A stretch of DNA of 64,000 bases, taken from positions 18,290 to 82,289 of the forward strand of contig JAEEQN010000002.1 of the NCBI GenBank assembly GCA_016285345.1, read 5' to 3'. The notes beneath the pieces are model-generated. The model was not told the DNA's origin, did not search any database, and was given only the letters and a program-made list of their open reading frames with translations. Of this stretch, positions 53,875-63,354 are shown one piece after another. Each line of letters opens with the position of its first letter. Position 1 is the stretch's first letter. The DNA comes from Victivallales bacterium (lineage in GTDB: Bacteria > Verrucomicrobiota > Lentisphaeria > Victivallales > UBA1829). A program made the translations under genes and the position numbers.

Positions 53875-56384
53875 TGCGGACCGCCTTTCTGTTTCAAGTC
53901 AAGACTCCGCATGAAATCCCTCAGCCGTATCTTTTCCACATACCATTCCTGCATGGCCGGGACGTCCGCGAAGCAGTAGACGAACGAGCCGCCCGGTTCC
54001 TTGCGGATGACGGCGCCGTAATCCTTTCCCTCCATCCATTCGAGGAGCCAGGGATCGGGATAAGCGCCTGTTTCGAGGTTGACCGTCGGACGCTTGTCCG
54101 GGCCGTTGTTGATGCGCTCCATTTTGACATCGCCGTCTTTCGCGAGGAAGTACTGCGCCTCCATGCCGAGCGGGAGGTTCTGGGCTTCGCTCAGGATCTG
54201 GTCGATGTAGCGCCCGGAAACGAGGAACACCGCGGCTCCGAGCGGGGTTATGGGCGGCCCCAGCCGGATCGAGACAGGCAGGACGACATGCTCCGATTCG
54301 GGAGCCTCGTTTTCCAGCCGGAAGGGGAGATGCCAGACAGGCCGGTCGAAGCGCTGGGGAAGGGTCATGCCGTACCATTCCGACCCGTGGCCGGGAACGG
54401 ACTCGGTTTTCACTGTGAAGGGATAAAGCAGGGACGAGCCGTCGACCAGCAGTATCTGGATGCGGTAGATCGGGCTGACGCTTTGCGTGAGGCGGTGGAT
54501 CTGCCTGTCCGTGCTTTCCTTGGTGACATAGGCGTTCAGCGGGGCCTGCAGCATGTAGCGGAAGAGCGTGGGCAGGAGCATGCCGAGGCATTTGAACTCT
54601 TTTTTCTGCATGTCCTCCGCGCGCCCGGCCTCCATTTTGCGGAAACTGACGGAGTCGCCGTAGTAGGGGGAGTATTCGGTCTGGATGCCGTCGTTTCCGG
54701 AGACAGCCGCGTCGTCCGGGGGCGCGAGATATTTGATGCCGGCGTCGCGGTTTCCTCCGTTCTCGGCGAGCAGGAACTCGGTTTCGAACTTGATGGATTC
54801 GAGCATGTCGTTGAATTTTTCCGCCTGAAGATTGAACTGGTGGGCGGTTTTCCGGCATGCGGACTGCGCCTTGCCGAGCACATGGTCGTCGAGGTAGGAG
54901 GTCTGCGCCATGCGGACGTCGTTGAAGATGTTGTAGGCGAAGAGCGCGCCGACCAGGCAGATCAGCGTCAGAAATCCGAAGAACATGCGGCGGTGGTGTG
55001 CCCGGATGAGCTTGGCGAAGCGTTTCGAGAGGCTGATCTTCCGCACGGTGACTTCCTCAGAATGCATGAAACGGCGGAGGTCTTCGGCCAGTGCGTTCAC
55101 GGATTCATAGCGGTCCTCCGGATTCGGCGCGATGGCTTTCCGGATGATCGCCCGCATGTCCGGGTCGATCGCGCCGCCGAAACGGTGTTCGATCGCCGGC
55201 TCGACGCCGTTGCGGAGATGCTCCAGAACTTCCGGGTTGGGTTCGTCATGGAACGGCGGATGGAGCGTAACGATCTCGTAGAGCAGCATGCCGAGGGCAT
55301 AGATGTCGGACTTGATATTCGGTTCCGCGCCGGAAATGATTTCGGGCGCGATGAACCGGGGATCGGTCATCTCGGGCGGTTTGCGTTTCGCCTGCGCTTC
55401 CTTGTCGTGCGAAGCGAGGAAAATGGCGAACCCCCAGCCCTTGATGTAGACCTCGTGGTATTCGCCGATCAGGATGTTCTGGGGATGAAGATTGGCATGC
55501 ACGACGTTCCGGCTGTGGGCGTAGAGGATGCCGTCCGTGATGCCGAGGACGAGTTCGAGGCGGAAATTCAGCGCGGCCGCTTCCTCCGCCGCGCGGAATC
55601 CGGCGCTGCGGTAGTGCGACGTGATGCGTTCCATGTATTTGCGGAGGTCCGTGCCGTCGGTCATCTTCACGGCGGAATGCAGGCCGCCGCGGTAGTCGCG
55701 GTTGACGCTGTAGACAGGCAGGACGGACGGGTGGTCGAGCTGGGCGGAGATCTCCGCCTCGGCGATGAAGCTGGCGCGTTCGTTCGGATCCAGAAGCCTT
55801 TCGTCGCGCAGCGAGTAGATCGCCACCTCGCGTTCGAGGCCGAGGTCCTCGCCGATGGAGACCACGTACCGGCCGCCTTCGGCGAGCTTGCGTTCGATCT
55901 CGAAACGGTCCTCCAGATCGGTCAGGTGCGCCTGAGTTTCCTCCTGATGTCCGACTTCGGCGCGTTCGCGGTGGTGGTCGTGCCCCTCGATCTCCGCGCC
56001 GACGTCGCGCTTGCCCGTGCCGCTCCCGGTCAAGGAAGACAGAATCGAGGTCGGCTTGTGCAGGATGTTATGAATCTTCGTGCGGGTTTCCCTGATAACG
56101 GACTGCGTGTCCTCGGAATTGACCCGCGTGATGCCGTTTTCCGGGCTCAGGACGATGGTCCGGTCGATCGATTCTTCGCTCATGACCATGGTGCGGTCGG
56201 GCGAATCTTCGCTCATGACCATGGTGCGGTCGATCTGATCCGTTTCCATGACCATCGTGCGGTCGGGAGTTCCCTGCGCAACGGACGATCCGGCGGGCTG
56301 AGCGCCGGAAGTCTTGCCGTTCGGTTCGGCGGCGGGATCAGGTCTGAGTTCGTCCGTCACGGGGTGCTTCTCCGGTGAGTTCAA
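53871..56384 (-). CDS. Paralogous receptor pseudokinase (kinase fold with catalytic residues replaced), TM segment and Cache-like domain
   Basis: Aligns to the downstream kinase, but VAIYSLR replaces VAIKTLK, HANLHPQNILI replaces HCDLKPENILI, and KGWGFA replaces MDWGIA. The N-terminus has four DRT[MI]V[ML] repeats. 4-nt overlap with the kinase gene. Confidence 0.8.
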   Translation of the reverse strand: MNSPEKHPVTDELRPDPAAEPNGKTSGAQPAGSSVAQGTPDRTMVMETDQIDRTMVMSEDSPDRTMVMSEESIDRTIVLSPENGITRVNSEDTQSVIRETRTKIHNILHKPTSILSSLTGSGTGKRDVGAEIEGHDHHRERAEVGHQEETQAHLTDLEDRFEIERKLAEGGRYVVSIGEDLGLEREVAIYSLRDERLLDPNERASFIAEAEISAQLDHPSVLPVYSVNRDYRGGLHSAVKMTDGTDLRKYMERITSHYRSAGFRAAEEAAALNFRLELVLGITDGILYAHSRNVVHANLHPQNILIGEYHEVYIKGWGFAIFLASHDKEAQAKRKPPEMTDPRFIAPEIISGAEPNIKSDIYALGMLLYEIVTLHPPFHDEPNPEVLEHLRNGVEPAIEHRFGGAIDPDMRAIIRKAIAPNPEDRYESVNALAEDLRRFMHSEEVTVRKISLSKRFAKLIRAHHRRMFFGFLTLICLVGALFAYNIFNDVRMAQTSYLDDHVLGKAQSACRKTAHQFNLQAEKFNDMLESIKFETEFLLAENGGNRDAGIKYLAPPDDAAVSGNDGIQTEYSPYYGDSVSFRKMEAGRAEDMQKKEFKCLGMLLPTLFRYMLQAPLNAYVTKESTDRQIHRLTQSVSPIYRIQILLVDGSSLLYPFTVKTESVPGHGSEWYGMTLPQRFDRPVWHLPFRLENEAPESEHVVLPVSIRLGPPITPLGAAVFLVSGRYIDQILSEAQNLPLGMEAQYFLAKDGDVKMERINNGPDKRPTVNLETGAYPDPWLLEWMEGKDYGAVIRKEPGGSFVYCFADVPAMQEWYVEKIRLRDFMRSLDLKQKGGPQ

Positions 56385-56385
56385 A

Positions 56386-57042
56386 TCACTTTGTGAGTCC
56401 GATGGCCTGCGCGAGGATGACGGTCATCTTGTCGTCGAGCTTGAAGACCTTGCGGACGCCCTTCTCGTCATACATGCCGAGGGAGACGGTGCCGAGCCCC
56501 TTCGAGGCGCAGTAGAGGTAGACGTCCTGCGAGGCTTCGCCCACGTGGATCGCTGGGAACTTGATGTCGTTCGGGAACTTGGTGGAATCGCTGGCGTAAA
56601 CGAGGATCGCGGCGGAGTTCTTCGCCATGTTTTTGTTCATGATGAGGTCCGCGCGGAAGTCGCCCGCGTCGATGCGCACGAGCTTGTTCGCCTTCGCGTC
56701 ATAGTGGTAGGCCGCGCCCGGCAGCGCCACATAGACTTCGAGGTCCTGCTTGTTCATCGCGGTCGGGATCGTGCGCTTGCCGTCGGGACGGTTCACGCCG
56801 TTGGCGGCGTAGAGGATTTCGGAAAGCGTGGCGGCGTCGAGTTCGCCGGGCTTGTAGTCGCGGATCGTCTTGCGTTCCGCGAGCGCCTGCATGAGCGGCA
56901 TGCCGCCGGTCTTGGCGGGGGCGGGGAGGGCGACCGTTTCGGCTTTCGGGTCGATCTTCGCGGAAGCGGCATCCTGCGCGGGGCAGACAATTACGGCGAG
57001 GAGAGCGAGCGAGGCGGCGGCGAGAATGGTGAGATGTTTCAT
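56386..57042 (-). CDS. Secreted nitroreductase-family protein
   Basis: Start at ATG 57042 (AAGGAG RBS); the listed longer ORF runs into panB. Signal peptide MKHLTILAAASLALLAVIVCPA. LAERKTIRDY and YAANGVNRP are motifs typical of the nitroreductase/SagB-like fold. Confidence 0.65.
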   Translation of the reverse strand: MKHLTILAAASLALLAVIVCPAQDAASAKIDPKAETVALPAPAKTGGMPLMQALAERKTIRDYKPGELDAATLSEILYAANGVNRPDGKRTIPTAMNKQDLEVYVALPGAAYHYDAKANKLVRIDAGDFRADLIMNKNMAKNSAAILVYASDSTKFPNDIKFPAIHVGEASQDVYLYCASKGLGTVSLGMYDEKGVRKVFKLDDKMTVILAQAIGLTK

Positions 57043-57089
57043 GGGGAAGGCTCCTTTCTTGCTGGAGTATTTAGGTTGAAACGGGTGGT

Positions 57090-57899
57090 TCAGAAACTGT
57101 TTTCCTGAGTTGGGAAGGTCTTTCCTTTGACTTCGGCGATGTAGGCGGCGATGGCCTCCTGCGCCATGGTCCCGACGTGGCAGAACCGTCTGGCATGCTT
57201 CGGCAGGAATCCTTCGGTGTAGCCGAGCAGATCGCTGACGACCTGCACCTGGCCGTCGCAGTCCGGGCCGGCGCCGATCCCGATGGTCGGCACGCCGACG
57301 GAAGCTGTGATCTTCGCGGCGAGTTCGGCGGGGACGCATTCCAGCACCATGGAGAAGACGCCGGCGTCCTCAAGCTCTTTGGCGCGGGCGATGAGTTCGG
57401 CGGCCTCTTCTTCGCCGCGTCCCTGCACCCGGTAGCCGCCGGAGGTCTTCACGGACTGCGGCAGCAGGCCGATGTGCCCCTGCACGGGAATCCCGGCCTC
57501 GACCAGCGCGCGGACGGCGGGCAGGGTGGACGGCGTGCATTCGAGCTTGATCGCGTCGCATCCGGCTTCCTGCATGAACCGCGCAGCCTCGCGGAGAGTG
57601 TTCTCCACGCCGAGGTGGCAGGTCATGAACGGCATGTCGCCGACGATGAAGGTGTTCGGGGCGCCGCGCCGGACGCACTGCGCGTGGTGGACCATTACGT
57701 CCATGGTGGCGGGAATGGTGTCGGTATAGCCGAGGGTATTCATGGAAAGCGAGTCGCCCACGAGGATGAAGTCGATCCCGGCGGCCTCGGCGAACGCCGC
57801 GGTCGGCGCGTCGTAGGCGGTGATCATCACGATCTTCTCGCCGTCCTGCTTCATTTTCCGGAACGACCGGACTGTTTTCTTTACGATGCTGTCCGCCAT
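57090..57899 (-). CDS. panB: 3-methyl-2-oxobutanoate hydroxymethyltransferase
   Basis: KIVMITAYDAPTAAFAEAAGIDFILVGDSLSMNTLGY...VGDMPF...GHIGLLPQS...ECVP...PTIGIGAG are canonical PanB motifs. Start at ATG 57899. Confidence 0.9.
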   Translation of the reverse strand: MADSIVKKTVRSFRKMKQDGEKIVMITAYDAPTAAFAEAAGIDFILVGDSLSMNTLGYTDTIPATMDVMVHHAQCVRRGAPNTFIVGDMPFMTCHLGVENTLREAARFMQEAGCDAIKLECTPSTLPAVRALVEAGIPVQGHIGLLPQSVKTSGGYRVQGRGEEEAAELIARAKELEDAGVFSMVLECVPAELAAKITASVGVPTIGIGAGPDCDGQVQVVSDLLGYTEGFLPKHARRFCHVGTMAQEAIAAYIAEVKGKTFPTQENSF

Positions 57900-58157
57900 G
57901 CGGCACCTCCGTATCTGAATTGAAATTATGTTTGTTCGCTGTTCCGGGGCAGGATGAATATGCAATGGAGCCCCTGTATCGGCTCTTTGCCTCATGCGCC
58001 CGCGTACGTCCTGACTATTTTCGGTCGGGACGGCCCTGATAACAACAATATAACACGAAAACCAAAAAAGTACAACAAAAAAAGGGCGGGAATGCGGAAA
58101 AAGATTTGAAATTCTTCCTTTTCGGAGTAGTTTATCAAGAGGAAAGGCTTTTCAGGT

Positions 58158-60125
58158 ATGGCTAAATCGAAAAAACAATCCAAGCAGTCCCGTGCTCCGC
58201 GCCGGGTTCTCTACGGCGGCGTCTTCTCCGCCGCGGCCGCCGGGTTCGGCTTCGTCAAGGTTCCCGGCGATCCGTCCATTGAGTTCTTCATCCCGCGCAA
58301 GTACACCGGGCACGCCCTGGACGGCGACACGGTCGAGGTCGAGCAGATCCCGGACGAACGCGACACGACGTACTCGAAACGCAAAACCGGCCCGGTCGGA
58401 CGCATCGTGTCCGTGACCGGACGCAACCGCGAATTCGTGGTCGGATGCCTGGATTCTCTGCACGAGATACGCCCGCTGGACAAACACCTGCCGGAGACCA
58501 TCCGCGTGAACTCCGCGCCGCGCAACGCGAAGAAGGGCGACTGGGTGCAGGTGCGGCTGCTCGACGACGGCGCGAACCATACGGAACAGCTTCGCGGCCA
58601 TGTGGAGCGTTCGCTCGGTTCCGCTGGCGACGTGGCGCACGACCTGAATGCAATCGCCGCCGAATTCGGCCTGCCTCCGGCCTACACGGCCGAGGACGAG
58701 GCGGAGGCGATGAAGATCGCGCCGCTGGAGATCGAACGAGAAGACCTTTCCTCCCTGTACACGCTCACGATCGACCCGGCGGACGCGCACGATTTTGACG
58801 ACGCCATCTCCGTTCAGCCCGCGGCCAAAGCGGGCGAGATCACACTCGGCGTCCACATCGCCGACGTCGCGACCTGGATCCGCCCGGGATCCAAGTTCGA
58901 CAAGGCCGCCGCGTACCGTTCGTTCTCCTCGTATCTCCCCGGCAAATTCCTGCCGATGCTCCCGAAACCGCTCACCGCGAAGATCAGCCTCCGCGAAAAA
59001 GTCCTGTCTCCTGCTCACAGCGTGGTCTTCACCGTGCGCCTCCGCGACGGCAAGATCCTTTCCTCGCGCCGCGTTCACTCGCTGGTGAAAGTGAACCGCC
59101 GTATGGACTACGATACCGTCCAGGCGTTCCTGGACGACCCGACGAAACGTCCGAAGGGCTGGAACAAGCAGGATGCTGAGAACGTGCGGCTCCTGCACAA
59201 ACTCATCAAAAAGATGCGCGGCTGGCGCGCGAAGCACGAACAGTTCCTGTGGATCGACGTGCCGGAGATCCGTGTGCTCTGCGACGAGTCCACGCACGAG
59301 ATCAAGGGGCTTCTGCGCCGCGTCCCGTGCGCCGCGGACGGCATCGTGGAGGAGTGCATGCTCGCCGCGAATTCGGCAGTCGCGAACGAGCTGATCGAAC
59401 GCGGCGCCGGCGGGCTCTTTCGCGTCCACCCGGAACCCGATCCCGAGAAGCTCGCCGAGTTCGAAGGCTTTGTCTCCGAGGCGTTCGGCGTTTCCACGGG
59501 CGACCTCTCGTCCGGACGCGCCGCCTGCATGCATTTCCTCGAAAACATCCCGGACGACCACCGTAAACCCGTGATCCTGTCGCGGTTCCTGCGTTCGATG
59601 GCGCGCGCGAGCTACAGCGAGAACCCGGAACTTCATTTCGGCCTCGGCAAGACGCGCTATTCGCACTTCACCAGCCCGATCCGGCGTTATCCCGACCTGG
59701 CGCTCCATCAGCAGCTCCTTGCCCTCGACCTGAACAAGCGTCTGCGTTTCAAACGCATGCTTGCGGAGATCGCCGTGCTGTGCTCGAAGAAGGAGGAGCG
59801 CAACGACAATGCGTTCTACGCCGCGAACGACCGCCTGAAGCTGCACTTCCTGAAGAACAGCGGCGCTCTGGAGAACACCACCATGTACGAGGCGATCATC
59901 CAGAAAGTCACCTCGTCCGGCCTCATGTGCGAGATCCCCGAGCTGGGCATGATCGGATTCGTGCCGACCTCGCGTTTCCGCACGCCCGTCACGCGCCGCA
60001 ATTCGCGATATTCCTCGCGTATGGAGAACGGCCACACCGGATACCGTCCCGGCGATTTCATCTACATCGCGCTGGACAGCATCGACCTCGTGCGCGGCCA
60101 TGCGCAGTTCCGTCCCGTCATTTAA
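58158..60125 (+). CDS. rnr: RNase II/R-family 3'-5' exoribonuclease
   Basis: RNB-domain motifs: TIDPADAHDFDDAISV, LPGKFLPMLP, HFGLGKTRYSHFTSPIRRYPDLALHQQL. C-terminal S1-like segment. Confidence 0.85.
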   Translation: MAKSKKQSKQSRAPRRVLYGGVFSAAAAGFGFVKVPGDPSIEFFIPRKYTGHALDGDTVEVEQIPDERDTTYSKRKTGPVGRIVSVTGRNREFVVGCLDSLHEIRPLDKHLPETIRVNSAPRNAKKGDWVQVRLLDDGANHTEQLRGHVERSLGSAGDVAHDLNAIAAEFGLPPAYTAEDEAEAMKIAPLEIEREDLSSLYTLTIDPADAHDFDDAISVQPAAKAGEITLGVHIADVATWIRPGSKFDKAAAYRSFSSYLPGKFLPMLPKPLTAKISLREKVLSPAHSVVFTVRLRDGKILSSRRVHSLVKVNRRMDYDTVQAFLDDPTKRPKGWNKQDAENVRLLHKLIKKMRGWRAKHEQFLWIDVPEIRVLCDESTHEIKGLLRRVPCAADGIVEECMLAANSAVANELIERGAGGLFRVHPEPDPEKLAEFEGFVSEAFGVSTGDLSSGRAACMHFLENIPDDHRKPVILSRFLRSMARASYSENPELHFGLGKTRYSHFTSPIRRYPDLALHQQLLALDLNKRLRFKRMLAEIAVLCSKKEERNDNAFYAANDRLKLHFLKNSGALENTTMYEAIIQKVTSSGLMCEIPELGMIGFVPTSRFRTPVTRRNSRYSSRMENGHTGYRPGDFIYIALDSIDLVRGHAQFRPVI

Positions 60126-60152
60126 CCCTTCATTCAAAAAAGGATTCCCGAT

Positions 60153-60806
60153 ATGAGACTTCCCCTTCGTTTCCTGCCCGCGGCCGTACTCGGTATGACT
60201 CTGCTGGCCTCCTGCTATTCGACGACGTTCGAGGTGCCGAAGATCGGCTCGCGCTTCGAAGATACGAAAAAATACCTGGAATATGATACGTCCGTGAACA
60301 CGTACGTCATCCCGCTCGAAAAGTACGAGACGCTCGAATACGAGCATTTCGACCTCACCGTCCCGAAGGACGATGTGGTTGAATACTATGCCCCGGCTCT
60401 CTCCAATTCCTCCCATCATGCCGAGCTTTATGTGCGGAATCTGCCGGTCCAGACCGATTTCTTCGGCCGCGCCATATACGCTCAGAATCAAGAGGGCTGG
60501 CAGGGCCTTGCCGACATCCAGAAGTTCTACAAGGAAAAGTACACGCCGGACAAGTACACCATCAGCCTCGAAACGCGCATCACGAAGCATGACGGCTACA
60601 ACTGCGTGGAATACGACATCGTGGCGCGTCTGCCCGAGACCGGCAAGCTCATGGCGGTGCATGGTTTCTGCATGTTCGATCCGAAGAACCCCGGCTACAT
60701 CTTCGACGTCGGCGCCGGTCGCACGGCTTATGAAAAGGACATCGACAACGATTTCCTGATCCGGGCGTCCGGCCTCTTCTTCGAGGCCGTGAAGTTCCGC
60801 AAGTGA
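60153..60806 (+). CDS. Hypothetical lipoprotein
   Basis: Lipobox LLASC. 217 aa. No recognisable motif. Confidence 0.6.
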   Translation: MRLPLRFLPAAVLGMTLLASCYSTTFEVPKIGSRFEDTKKYLEYDTSVNTYVIPLEKYETLEYEHFDLTVPKDDVVEYYAPALSNSSHHAELYVRNLPVQTDFFGRAIYAQNQEGWQGLADIQKFYKEKYTPDKYTISLETRITKHDGYNCVEYDIVARLPETGKLMAVHGFCMFDPKNPGYIFDVGAGRTAYEKDIDNDFLIRASGLFFEAVKFRK

Positions 60807-60840
60807 GCGGGACGGGTTAAGCCGATTTCTGTAAAAGAAC

Positions 60841-60878
60841 CGGGCGGTGCGGAGATACAGTATAATCCGCGCCGCCCG
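60841..60878. terminator. 13-bp hairpin between convergent genes (probable terminator, better T-tract on the minus strand)
   Basis: CGGGCGGTGCGGA (60841-60853) pairs with TCCGCGCCGCCCG (60866-60878). On the minus strand it is followed by GTTCTTTTAC. Confidence 0.45.
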
Positions 60879-60967
60879 AACTGTTTCCGCTCAGTTCAGA
60901 AAAAAGTGCTGTTATCAGGTTTCCAATTCCGAGGAAGAGAACAGTTTTTCTTTTTTTGCCGGTATTG

Positions 60968-63256
60968 TTATTCTCTCGGAAGAAGGAGTTTCCGGACTTT
61001 CTCCAGATTCGTTTTTCCGAATTCATCGTCCGGCAGTATGATCAGCAGATGATTGCACTGCGCCTCCGCCTGAAGATATTTCCGGTCGGCAATGCTCTTT
61101 TCAATGACATGGTGCATGCAGTCGCGCCACAGCTCCACAATATCCTCGCGGTAGTCCACTTCATGGCGGGGAAAGTGCAGAATACTCACAGCATCTTCAA
61201 AACGCCCCGCTTCGGACAGCCTTTTCGCATAGATAAATGCCGGGAGCAGAGATTCCTTTTCAAGCTCAAATGCCGTCTTTGCGGCCTCCAGAGCCTTCTG
61301 CTCTTCGCCTTTTGCATGGTAGATGCCGGAAAGATTGGCATAAACCAGAGACGGGTTGCGGTAGGTTTTCAGGATCGCGTCGTATTTCGCCCTGGCTTCA
61401 TCAAGCCGGTCATGTCCGCACAGGCTGTTCGCCGCATAAAACGTGAAATCGGGTGCGTCATCAGGAGTCGAGGCAAGCAGATCAAGAGCGTCTTTTTCCT
61501 TTGATTTGTCTCCGGTCTGAAGCATTGCCGCCGCGCGGAAAAAAACACCGAATTGCTCCAGTTTTCCGTCCTTCGAGGCATCCAGCCTGTCGGCCATGGA
61601 TACCAGATCCTCTGTTCGCTTGTTATTGACACAGAACAGGAAATACTGCCTCAGCAGCTCCGGATCGAATTCGGAGAAAACCACCAGTTCCCGGAAGATA
61701 TCCGCGGCTTCTTCATGCTGCCCGGTCTGATCCAGTGCCAGCATGTTGAGGATTCTGATTTCGCGATCAGGCTGCCGGTCCGCTGTCTTTTCGGTATCCA
61801 GCACCTGTTCGATGATCGGCAGCGCTTTTTCCGCCTTTCCGCGAAAGATCAGGAACTCCGCGGCAATACGCTGCAACAGGGCATCGTCGGGGAAATACTC
61901 CAGGGCACTCAGCAGGTATTCCTCTTTCACAACTTCTTTTTGATACTGATCCAGGAGGATGATCTCCGTAAGCAGTCTGTTTCCATGGAGATAGACGGAC
62001 AGGACCTTTGCCAGGTCAGCCATCCGCGAGGGGTTTTTCCGGTTTTCCGTCTTCTTCATCTCTTCCTCAATATACCCTAGGCAGATGAACAGCGCCCTGT
62101 CGTGCAGATCATAGAACGGCGGACTGGAGAATATCTCCTGTGCAACGGATCGGATTTCATCGAACGATCTGTGCGACATAGCCACACGCAGACGGATGAA
62201 GCGTGAAAGCGGGGAATCAATGCGTTTGCCGGTTCTGCGGACTTCGGCGGCCAGCTTCTTCTCATCGTTTTCGAGATACGCGATCAGAATTACACAATAA
62301 TCAGCCATAAAAGGTAGAACGCCCGGTTTCCGGCGCAGTTTCTTTTCCAGCTCTTTGAGTTCGTCCAGTTTCCCCTCGAAGACACAACTCTCCGCATATA
62401 TGAGATAAAGATCAATATCATCGACGTTTTTCAGGTACGGCTCCAGGATATTGATCGTTTCGGCAAAATTGCCTTTTGAAAAGTAATAATCCGCCAGGAT
62501 CGCCGATCCGGCGATATGATTGGCTTTCACAGCCTGTTTCAGAAGCCTCTCTGTTTTTTTGTCGTTATCAGGATCGTCGCCTCCGTTTTTTTCCATGAGG
62601 CGGAGAGCGCAATACAATGCCTCGAATTGGACCATCGGATCTTCCGACTGCATGGCGCTGTTCAAAAAAGCATTGCGTTCATTGTCGTTCATGGCATTCT
62701 GCTCAGCCAGAAACTCCGCCATTCGTCCCAGATCGTCCTTGTGAAATGCCTCGGGATTCTTCCTGATAGACTCCATGTAGGCGTCATCCCCATTTTTGGG
62801 ATAGCCGGATCGGTAGGAGGAAATCACAAACAGGTAAAGCTCCCGGTCTGTGAATTCGTTGCCCAGGATGGCTTTTCGGCTCAGAAGGTTGTGCAAGACA
62901 GCATAGTTCGCGGTTCTGAGAGCATTGTTCAGCATGTTGTCGAGGTATTCCTGATTCTGCGGATTCAAGGAACTGGCCGCCTGCCACATCTGAGCTTCCA
63001 TTTCCGCGTTGCCGGATTCGCGATAGATGTTCGCGAGTGCGGCATATCCCGCTTCGAAATCCGGATCCGTTTGTAGATACTGAAGCAGGAGACGTTCCGC
63101 CGACGCATAATCACCTTTTTCATACGCGGTCATCGATTCATGGCGAAGACGGATACGCCGTCTTATTTTTATACCGAAATAACCGCATCCCAGAAGACCT
63201 GCGAAAAAGACTAGTCCCAGCAGGATGAATGAGATCTTTCTCCAGTTCAAAGTCAT
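60968..63256 (-). CDS. TPR-repeat protein with an N-terminal membrane anchor
   Basis: 762 aa. TM ISFILLGLVFFAGLLGCGYFGI. Repeated 34-aa helical-pair patterns (YASAERLLLQYLQTDPDFEAGYAALANIY and similar). Confidence 0.7.
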   Translation of the reverse strand: MTLNWRKISFILLGLVFFAGLLGCGYFGIKIRRRIRLRHESMTAYEKGDYASAERLLLQYLQTDPDFEAGYAALANIYRESGNAEMEAQMWQAASSLNPQNQEYLDNMLNNALRTANYAVLHNLLSRKAILGNEFTDRELYLFVISSYRSGYPKNGDDAYMESIRKNPEAFHKDDLGRMAEFLAEQNAMNDNERNAFLNSAMQSEDPMVQFEALYCALRLMEKNGGDDPDNDKKTERLLKQAVKANHIAGSAILADYYFSKGNFAETINILEPYLKNVDDIDLYLIYAESCVFEGKLDELKELEKKLRRKPGVLPFMADYCVILIAYLENDEKKLAAEVRRTGKRIDSPLSRFIRLRVAMSHRSFDEIRSVAQEIFSSPPFYDLHDRALFICLGYIEEEMKKTENRKNPSRMADLAKVLSVYLHGNRLLTEIILLDQYQKEVVKEEYLLSALEYFPDDALLQRIAAEFLIFRGKAEKALPIIEQVLDTEKTADRQPDREIRILNMLALDQTGQHEEAADIFRELVVFSEFDPELLRQYFLFCVNNKRTEDLVSMADRLDASKDGKLEQFGVFFRAAAMLQTGDKSKEKDALDLLASTPDDAPDFTFYAANSLCGHDRLDEARAKYDAILKTYRNPSLVYANLSGIYHAKGEEQKALEAAKTAFELEKESLLPAFIYAKRLSEAGRFEDAVSILHFPRHEVDYREDIVELWRDCMHHVIEKSIADRKYLQAEAQCNHLLIILPDDEFGKTNLEKVRKLLLPRE

Positions 63257-63354
63257 TTCTCCTTATCTTTTACAAACCTTCTGTTTAATCATCACGGACC
63301 TCTTTTTCCGGCATTTTATATGCATAAAGCTTTTTGATCCTGCGGTTTTCTGTT

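Noticed and set aside
56386-57995. The long versions of the two minus-strand ORFs (317 aa and 301 aa) listed for the nitroreductase and panB.
   Set aside because: The N-terminal extensions are Arg/Pro-rich and overlap neighbouring genes. Internal ATGs at 57042 and 57899 give canonical N-termini (signal peptide; MADSIVKKTV...), and 57042 is preceded by a good RBS.
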